DNA of 64,000 bases. Source: Alphaproteobacteria bacterium. Its GTDB lineage: Bacteria > Pseudomonadota > Alphaproteobacteria > Rs-D84. The notes under the pieces are model-generated. The model worked only from the letters and a program-made list of their open reading frames with translations, did not search any database and was not told the DNA's origin. A program made the translations under genes and the position numbers. The stretch spans positions 25,103 to 89,102 of the forward strand of contig JBKSMS010000012.1 in assembly GCA_046881825.1 (NCBI GenBank). The letters are read 5' to 3'. This document shows positions 57,399-64,000 of the stretch, in pieces (positions within the stretch are counted from its first letter, which is position 1; each line of letters opens with the position of its first letter).

Positions 57399-58358
57399 TT
57401 AGAAACCACTATTTTTCAACCAACGTATATCACCGTCATAAATGGGGCGAATATCGTTAAGTCCATATTTCAACATTGCCATACGGTCCCAACCAAAACC
57501 AAACGCAAAACCCTGATATTCATTTGGGTCTATGTTGCAATTTTTTAACACATTTGGATGAACCATGCCGGCACCACAAATTTCAAGCCATTTCCCATTG
57601 TCCCATTTCATATCAAATTCAACAGATGGTTCTGTGAATGGGAAATAAGACGGACGAATACGAATTTCAATATCTCGTTCAAAAAACTTTGAAAGCAGGG
57701 CGCGCATTGTTCCAATCAAATCAGACATAGTTATATTTTTATCAACATATAAACCTTCCATTTGACCAAACATTGGTGCATGTGTTGCATCCCATTCTTT
57801 ACGATAGGTAGAACCAATAGCAAATATCTTAATTGGCGCACCTTGTTTTTCCATGGCGCGAATTTGAATCGCAGATGTTTGTGTCCGCATAACATTACCA
57901 TTTTCTAAAAAGAAGGTATCTTGCATATCACGCGCAGGATGATATTGTGGGGTATTAAGCGCTGTAAAATTATGCCAATCATCTTCAATTTCTGGCCCAG
58001 TCCAAAGTGTAAAACCAAACGATTCCATTATGGCTGCTAATTCTTTTAAACTTTGTGTCAAAGGATGCAATGTTCCACGATTTTCTGGACTGCAATCCAA
58101 AGTCACATCAACATATTCAGTTGCCAATTTCGCATTCAATGCCGCCAATTCTAATTCATTTTGTTTTTCTTTGAATAAATTGCGCAATTTTGCATTTTCG
58201 GCATTTATTTCTGCGCGTTCTTCATTTGATAAATTTTTCATATTCTTTAATTTAGCAGTCATAGTGCCATTTTTACCAAATGTATCAGAATATAATTTTT
58301 GTAATTCTTCCAAAGACTCTATATTTTCAATTTTATTCTTCATATCTACCCCGTTCAT
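57399..58358 (-). CDS. pheS: Phenylalanyl-tRNA synthetase alpha subunit
   Basis: HPLTQ, class II motifs (FRxE-like YRKEWDATHAPMFGQMEG) and GFAFGFGWDRMAML are present. An alternative start at 58343 has a better SD. Confidence 0.95.
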   Translation of the reverse strand: MNGVDMKNKIENIESLEELQKLYSDTFGKNGTMTAKLKNMKNLSNEERAEINAENAKLRNLFKEKQNELELAALNAKLATEYVDVTLDCSPENRGTLHPLTQSLKELAAIMESFGFTLWTGPEIEDDWHNFTALNTPQYHPARDMQDTFFLENGNVMRTQTSAIQIRAMEKQGAPIKIFAIGSTYRKEWDATHAPMFGQMEGLYVDKNITMSDLIGTMRALLSKFFERDIEIRIRPSYFPFTEPSVEFDMKWDNGKWLEICGAGMVHPNVLKNCNIDPNEYQGFAFGFGWDRMAMLKYGLNDIRPIYDGDIRWLKNSGF

Positions 58359-58422
58359 AAAAAATTAAGACCGTAATACTTTACGGTCTTATTGTGACAA
58401 AACAAAACAGTGCCGTAAAGCG
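58359..58422 (-). promoter_or_regulatory. Terminator/antiterminator-like structure between rplT and pheS
   Basis: On the minus strand, a 10-bp hairpin AAGACCGTAA-AGTA-TTACGGTCTT is followed by AATTTTTT. An upstream CTTTACGG can pair with CCGTAAAG inside the terminator's 5' arm. Confidence 0.5.
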
Positions 58423-58791
58423 TTATTTTACACCACCGTTGATAAATCGTTTTGCTGTTTCAATCAAAGTGTTGAAGTTTTTATCAGCATCATATGCCAT
58501 TTGAGCCAACACTTTGCGGTCCAAATTGACACCAGCTTTCTTCAAACCATTCATAAATTGACTGTATGTTAAACCATTTGGACGAACAGCAGCATTTATA
58601 CGAACAATCCAAAGAGAACGGAAATCGCGTTTCTTTTGACGACGATCGCGATATGCGTATTGTCCAGCCTTTTCGGTTTTTTCACGTGCAGCACGATAAG
58701 TTGAATGATGACGACCCAAATAACCTTTGGCCCTGTCAAGAATCTTATTATGTTTTTGTTTAACGGTTGTTCCGCGTTTTACCCTTGCCAT
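58423..58791 (-). CDS. rplT: 50S ribosomal protein L20
   Basis: [18 protein letters not shown]...[24 protein letters not shown] is typical of L20. Confidence 0.96.
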   Translation of the reverse strand: MARVKRGTTVKQKHNKILDRAKGYLGRHHSTYRAAREKTEKAGQYAYRDRRQKKRDFRSLWIVRINAAVRPNGLTYSQFMNGLKKAGVNLDRKVLAQMAYDADKNFNTLIETAKRFINGGVK

Positions 58792-58803
58792 AATCTAACC
58801 CCC

Positions 58804-59007
58804 TTATTTCAATCCATACGGAGCCAAGATTTTAGCCTGACCCATCATGTTATCGTTCAAATACTGTGGTTTTGCCCCCGCTTTATTAGCGCGTTTGGAC
58901 TTGTGCAACAAGCATTTGTGGTGAGAGTTTCTGGCAACGCGAATTTTACCGCTAGCCGTCATAGACGCACGTTTTTTCAAGTACGATTTTGTTTTCATTT
59001 TTGGCAT
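58804..59007 (-). CDS. rpmI: 50S ribosomal protein L35
   Basis: MPKMKTKSYLKKR... matches L35. The ATG at 59007 is preferred over the extended ORF. Confidence 0.9.
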   Translation of the reverse strand: MPKMKTKSYLKKRASMTASGKIRVARNSHHKCLLHKSKRANKAGAKPQYLNDNMMGQAKILAPYGLK

Positions 59008-59135
59008 TTTTTTATCCTTTTGGTTAATACCTCGTGGCAATGCCTTGCCATGTCGGATGTGCCTATTTTGACATATAAAAAATAAAAATCAAGTTTTTAT
59101 TGAATATTGCTTTTTTTGCGTTTAAAGTGTTTTTC

Positions 59136-59957
59136 ATGATAAAGGACAAATCATCTTATAGATTAAATCGTATTATCAAAGCGGGATTGGCCGCGGCGGC
59201 GGTTCCAATAATTATAATCTATATCATGGTGGCAAAGCCTGATTATACCATCACTAATTCTTTGGCGCACTTCTTTTTACCAATCGCTCATGGGGTTGGT
59301 TCTGCTGTGACTTGGCCTGTTCGTGCAATTGGGCAAGGCGCACATTGGTTAAAAGAAATGTCTAATTTACGTAACGAAAACAAAAAACTGCGTATTAAAT
59401 TAGATGAAGTATTGGCTAAACAAAATGATTGTGATATTGCCATAGCAGAAAACAAAAAACTGGAACGCGAAATTGACATAAAACAGGCTTCGCCTTTTAA
59501 AACTGTAATCGCAGATATCCAATTTGATGATGCCGTTTTTCATTACAATACATTTTTAATAAATCGTGGAAAAAAAGACGGTATTACCAAGGGGATGGTT
59601 GTCGTATCCTTTGAAAATCAACTGGTTGGGATAATTACTGATTGTGGCTCTGAATTTTGCCGCGTTCGCGCATTAATGGATACAAATACAAAAATAGCCG
59701 TTCGCATAAGTGGTTCTGATGTATCCGGATTTTTACAAGGAAACGGAAAATCAGGTGCAACAATCGGTTTTTTCAATGATACAGAATTTGTAGGTCGCCA
59801 AGGGTTAAAAGTTATAACTTCTAATATCAGTGGTGTTTTACCAGCAGGCATATATGTTGGCGAAATGCGTGACGATAAAAATGTTAATGTTTTAAAACCT
59901 AATAATATATCGCGTGTTATGGTCTTGGAATTTGACAATCAGGGTTCATATAAATAA
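59136..59957 (+). CDS. mreC: Rod shape-determining protein MreC
   Basis: It has an N-terminal TM, a coiled-coil LRNENKKLRIKLDEV and beta-barrel domains (GITKGMVVVS, GVLPAGIYVGE). Confidence 0.85.
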   Translation: MIKDKSSYRLNRIIKAGLAAAAVPIIIIYIMVAKPDYTITNSLAHFFLPIAHGVGSAVTWPVRAIGQGAHWLKEMSNLRNENKKLRIKLDEVLAKQNDCDIAIAENKKLEREIDIKQASPFKTVIADIQFDDAVFHYNTFLINRGKKDGITKGMVVVSFENQLVGIITDCGSEFCRVRALMDTNTKIAVRISGSDVSGFLQGNGKSGATIGFFNDTEFVGRQGLKVITSNISGVLPAGIYVGEMRDDKNVNVLKPNNISRVMVLEFDNQGSYK

Positions 59958-60406
59958 TGCATAGATTTATATCAATTTTTAAACAATTATCGCCATTTTT
60001 AATAACTTTGTTTTTGTGGCGTATGTCTATATATTTCTGGAACCCAGCAGGAATTTTGGCTTTGATACCAATTTTTTATTATACTTTTGTTCGACCAGTT
60101 GATGGGTTTACTTGGTTCGGTTTACTGTTTTGTTTTTTGATTGATTATCGTTCTAATTTGACTTTGTTTTGGACTTGCCTTTATTGTTTGTTTTATGCGA
60201 TAAATGGGTTACAAAACTTTTTAGATATGGAACATACAGATAATAACGCATTATATGTGTTTATGTCTTTTATTGGGGTTGGTTTTCTGCTGTTGATATT
60301 TTCTGGATTGAGTTGGACAAATCTGGTAAATAATGTATGGTTGTTTATATGGATGAGTGTTTTATATACACCAATAACGGCAATAGATAATTGGGTAAAA
60401 CCATGA
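59957..60406 (+). CDS. mreD: MreD-like membrane protein
   Basis: It is a 149-aa polytopic membrane protein between mreC and mrdA, with overlapping stop/start codons on both sides. Confidence 0.6.
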   Translation: MHRFISIFKQLSPFLITLFLWRMSIYFWNPAGILALIPIFYYTFVRPVDGFTWFGLLFCFLIDYRSNLTLFWTCLYCLFYAINGLQNFLDMEHTDNNALYVFMSFIGVGFLLLIFSGLSWTNLVNNVWLFIWMSVLYTPITAIDNWVKP

Positions 60407-62169
60407 TAGATACAGAAGTTTCTCGCACTTTTGACAGACGCAGCGCCCTGTTTTTAACAGGTGGTGCCGTATTAACTTCTGTTTTGATTTTACGCATGTT
60501 GCAAATGCAGGTTTTTGAATACAAAACTTATTTGAAAAAAAGCGAGAATAATTCTTTTCGTATTCAAAATATTATGCCAAAACGCGGGAATATTTTGTCT
60601 GAATCTGGGACTGTGATTTCCAGGGATGCGCCTATATACAGAATATATATTATTCCCGAAGAAACCGAAGATATAAATGCTGCGGTGGATTTGGTTGAAA
60701 AAGACTTAAATTTGCGTAAAAAAACCGTTGAAAGAATATGGAAAACCATAAAAAAACAAGCACCTTTTCAACCTGTTCTGGTCACAGAAAGTTTAAATTG
60801 GGATGTTTTAGCAAAAATATCTGCGAAAAATATACCTGGAATTTATATTGGAAATGGATTTTCGCGTGTATATGAAATGGGACCTGCCGGGGCACAAGTA
60901 TTTGGTTATGTCGGTGCACCACAAAAACCAATGCCTAATACCCCATTTTTTACAACTGGGGTAAATGGGTTAGAAAAAAGATTTAATGACGATATGGCTG
61001 GAACCGCCGGACAAACTGTATTGGTCACAAATGCAGTGGGGCGCATTACTGGCGAAGATAAATCACAATACATAGAACCAATCGAAGGAAAAGATATAAA
61101 AACGACCATACGCGATAATGTTCAAAAGGTTTTATATGATTCACTGGCGATGCATCGTGCGGGATGCGGTGTTGTTCTGGATATTGAAAACGGTAATATT
61201 CTGGCGATGGCTTCGACCCCCAGTTTTGATGCAAATAATTTTAAAACTGATGATGGCGAAGAATACATTTCAACATTACTGGAAGATAACGCAAAACCGT
61301 TTATGAACAAAACTATCGAAGGTCTATATCCCCCAGGTTCAACATTTAAAATAGTTGTTGCGTTGGCGGCATTGGAAAGTGGCGCTATAAATCCAAATGA
61401 AAAAGTATTTTGTCCAGGATATTGGGAATATGGTTACCATAAATACCATTGCTGGGAAAAAAAGGGACACGGGCATGTTGATTTATATGGCGCATTAAAA
61501 CATTCTTGCGATATATATTTTTATCAGCTTGCATTGCGCATTGGTATTGATGCGATAAAAAACATGGCGCTTAAATTAGGTTTAAATCAAAAATATATGG
61601 ATGATGTTTTGGTACATGAAATGCCTGGAATTATGCCGGACAGACGATGGAAAGAAAAAAATGTCGGCACTTTTTGGGTTCATGGGGACACTATTATTTC
61701 CGGAATTGGTCAGGGATTTATTTTAACTAATTGTTTACAGCTAGCGGTAATGATGGCACGGGTTGCTTCAAATAAACAAGTTAAACCACGATTGATATAT
61801 TCTGATAAAAATCCAAATTTTAAATCTTTGGGATTACAAGAAAAAAACATAAAACATGTATTAAATGGTTTGGAACAAGTGACTCAAAAAGGTGGCACCG
61901 CTTCTGGCAGCGCAATCAATGTAAACGGCAAAAAAATGGGTGGAAAAACCGGGACTTCCCAGGTCAGAAATATATCTAAAGCTGAACGTCAAAGCGGTGT
62001 TTTAAAAACAGAACAATTACAATGGAATTTGCGCAATCACGGTTTATTTGTTGGATATGCCCCAACGGACAAGCCTAAATATGCCGTATGCGTGATTATG
62101 GAACATGCCGGTGGTTCGTCACCTGCAGCACATGCAGTTGCTGATGTAATGAAGGAATTATTGAAATAA
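60403..62169 (+). CDS. mrdA: Penicillin-binding protein 2 (elongasome transpeptidase)
   Basis: PRGNILSESG lies in the dimerisation domain. The transpeptidase motifs are STFK, SCD (SxN-type position) and KTGTSQ. Confidence 0.93.
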   Translation: MIDTEVSRTFDRRSALFLTGGAVLTSVLILRMLQMQVFEYKTYLKKSENNSFRIQNIMPKRGNILSESGTVISRDAPIYRIYIIPEETEDINAAVDLVEKDLNLRKKTVERIWKTIKKQAPFQPVLVTESLNWDVLAKISAKNIPGIYIGNGFSRVYEMGPAGAQVFGYVGAPQKPMPNTPFFTTGVNGLEKRFNDDMAGTAGQTVLVTNAVGRITGEDKSQYIEPIEGKDIKTTIRDNVQKVLYDSLAMHRAGCGVVLDIENGNILAMASTPSFDANNFKTDDGEEYISTLLEDNAKPFMNKTIEGLYPPGSTFKIVVALAALESGAINPNEKVFCPGYWEYGYHKYHCWEKKGHGHVDLYGALKHSCDIYFYQLALRIGIDAIKNMALKLGLNQKYMDDVLVHEMPGIMPDRRWKEKNVGTFWVHGDTIISGIGQGFILTNCLQLAVMMARVASNKQVKPRLIYSDKNPNFKSLGLQEKNIKHVLNGLEQVTQKGGTASGSAINVNGKKMGGKTGTSQVRNISKAERQSGVLKTEQLQWNLRNHGLFVGYAPTDKPKYAVCVIMEHAGGSSPAAHAVADVMKELLK

Positions 62170-62170
62170 A

Positions 62171-63316
62171 ATGTCTATAACAACACGCGTTTCTAATGCA
62201 AATATGATGAGTTTTGGTGAAAAACTATCTCGCTTTTCATGGGTGTTATTTATACCTATGTGTGTTGTTTTATTGTTTTCTGTGATTGTTTTATTCAGTG
62301 CTGGCGGTGGTTCATGGACACCTTTTGCTTTGTCGCAATTATCAAAAATAGCATTAGGTATGATAATATTTTTCATTGTATCTTTTTCTAACATAAAAAT
62401 ATGGATAAAATCTGCTTATTCTATTTATGCGGTGGTTTTAATTTTAATAATATTGGTCACTTTTATTGGTGATGTTGGTATGGGTGCACAAAGGTGGTTG
62501 TCTTTTGGTTTTATAAATATTCAACCATCAGAACTTATTAAAATCGCCCTTGTTTTAGCACTGGCACGATATTTTGCATGGGAAAATAGTGTTGAATTAT
62601 CACAATTTAAAAATTATCTGATTCCTATTTTAATGTTGTTTGTTCCATTTGTTCTTATTTGCGCTCAACCAGATTTGGGGACAGGAATTTCTTTGGCGCT
62701 TATTACATTGGGAATGTTTTATATTGTTGGGGCTAATAAAAAATGGTTCGTAATCGGTGGAATACTTGCTTTGTTGGCAGCACCAGTTATTTGGTATGGT
62801 GGTATGCATGATTATCAAAGAAATAGAATTATCACTTTTATAAACCCGGAATTGGATACAAAAGGTTCTGGATATCAAATAAATCAGGCAAAAATAGCTT
62901 TTGGTTCTGGTGGTATTATCGGCAAAGGGTATTTATCTGGGACACAATCTCAACAATCGTTTTTACCTGAAAAACAAACGGACTTTATATTTACAATGTT
63001 GGGTGAAGAATTTGGTTTTTTGGGCGCATTTATGTTGCTGATGATATACACTTTTATCGTGATAATGCTGTTCTGGGCGGCAAAAACATGCAGAAACAGA
63101 TTTGGGCAATTGATATGTTTTGGTTTTATGTTGAACTTTTTCATTTATTATTTTATAAATATCTCTATGGTATTGGGAATATTACCTACGGTTGGTGTTC
63201 CTTTGCCGTTAATGTCTTTCGGTGGCAGCAGTTTGATATCACTACTTTTTGGGTTTGGTTTGTGTCAAAACGCTCATATACACAAAGACCAACAACTATC
63301 GTCCAGGGGGTTTTAA
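62171..63316 (+). CDS. rodA: Peptidoglycan glycosyltransferase RodA (SEDS family)
   Basis: QPSELIKIALVLALARY, PEKQTDFIFTMLGEEFGFLG and GILPTVGVPLPLMSFGGSS are present. Confidence 0.95.
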   Translation: MSITTRVSNANMMSFGEKLSRFSWVLFIPMCVVLLFSVIVLFSAGGGSWTPFALSQLSKIALGMIIFFIVSFSNIKIWIKSAYSIYAVVLILIILVTFIGDVGMGAQRWLSFGFINIQPSELIKIALVLALARYFAWENSVELSQFKNYLIPILMLFVPFVLICAQPDLGTGISLALITLGMFYIVGANKKWFVIGGILALLAAPVIWYGGMHDYQRNRIITFINPELDTKGSGYQINQAKIAFGSGGIIGKGYLSGTQSQQSFLPEKQTDFIFTMLGEEFGFLGAFMLLMIYTFIVIMLFWAAKTCRNRFGQLICFGFMLNFFIYYFINISMVLGILPTVGVPLPLMSFGGSSLISLLFGFGLCQNAHIHKDQQLSSRGF

Positions 63317-63319
63317 AAA

Positions 63320-64000
63320 ATGAATTTACTTATCGTAGAATCACCATCAAAAGCAAAAACTATTGAAAAATATCTGGGCTCTGGTTGGCGCGTTATTGCG
63401 TCTGTTGGGCATGTTCGTGATTTAGTCCCTGAAAATGGCAGTGTGGATGTAAAACATAATTTTAAACCTAAATGGCAAATAATGCCGGGCAAGGAAAAAC
63501 AAATTAAACTGATAATTGATGAAATTAAAAAAGCTGACAATGTATATTTGGCATCTGATCCTGACCGCGAAGGTGAAGCCATAGCATGGCATATAAACGA
63601 TATTTTAAAAGCACGCGATGTTCTAAAAGGAAAAAATGTATATCGTGTTGCTTTTCATGAAATAACAAAAAATGCTGTGCTTGATGCTATAAAGAATCCT
63701 CGTGAAATTGATAATAACTTGGTTGATGCTTATCTTGTTCGCCGTATTCTTGATTATTTAATTGGATTTGGAATTTCACCATTACTTTGGAAAAGAAATC
63801 TTGGTAAATCTGCGGGACGCGTTCAAAGTGTTGCTGTGAAATTGGTTGTTGATCGTGAAAAAGAAATTGAAAAATTTAACGCAACAGAATATTGGAGTGT
63901 TATCGCAAACTGCAATTTTAACAAGACGAATTTTGATGCTAATTTGATAAAATTTGATGGGAAAAAAATTGAAAAAATGACCCTTGAAAATAAATCAATG
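63320..64000 (+). CDS. topA: DNA topoisomerase I, N-terminal part; runs off the window
   Basis: MNLLIVESPSKAKTIEKYLG and the TOPRIM motif LASDPDREGEAIAWH are present. It is open to the window end and absent from the ORF track because no stop is reached. Confidence 0.93.
   Translation, partial: MNLLIVESPSKAKTIEKYLGSGWRVIASVGHVRDLVPENGSVDVKHNFKPKWQIMPGKEKQIKLIIDEIKKADNVYLASDPDREGEAIAWHINDILKARDVLKGKNVYRVAFHEITKNAVLDAIKNPREIDNNLVDAYLVRRILDYLIGFGISPLLWKRNLGKSAGRVQSVAVKLVVDREKEIEKFNATEYWSVIANCNFNKTNFDANLIKFDGKKIEKMTLENKSM

Overview
Visibly AT-rich bacterial chromosomal segment with about 60 protein genes and 4 tRNAs. No rRNA, CRISPR array, IS element, integrase or prophage is recognisable. Most genes are core housekeeping: dnaX, infB, nusA, lptF/G-lptD-surA-rlmN, pnp, gpsA, rsmG-parA-parB, pal, infC, xseB-mutS-truB-rpsO, recF, sspB, accBC, yidD-rnpA, mreB, metG, queH, fabD-fabG, mnmG, nth, ileS, pheST, rplT-rpmI, mreCD-mrdA-rodA and topA. 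A DUF4167-like protein, an alpha-type SspB and Pal/Lpt genes point to a Gram-negative, probably alphaproteobacterial genome. Classical operons are broken up, as in reduced or host-associated lineages (inference). Accessory content stands out in five places. (1) 1-4055: an operon of three 400-460 aa paralogs with prepilin-like N-termini plus a zinc-ribbon protein. A separate short-leader pilin and an OmpA-like lipoprotein lie at 6132-7269, and no pilus assembly genes are in the window. (2) Two islets of secreted cysteine-rich proteins at 17426-19146 and 33374-34345. The first carries EGF-like CxC modules. (3) G+C-rich multi-hairpin elements at 19228-19434 and 34369-34445 share a 31/32-nt core, and each lies just 5' of one of these secreted-protein loci. 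Further GC-rich hairpin spacers occur at 12103, 40718 and 44545. (4) A split MacAB-like ABC/HlyD/TolC efflux operon. (5) One stereotyped CCGGCAAATGCCGG terminator hairpin reused at six or more sites. Candidate regulatory features include an AUU-start infC, an rplT-pheS terminator/antiterminator, a pnp leader hairpin and a parS-like palindrome. All functional calls rest on motifs read by eye in the translations, and no database search was run.
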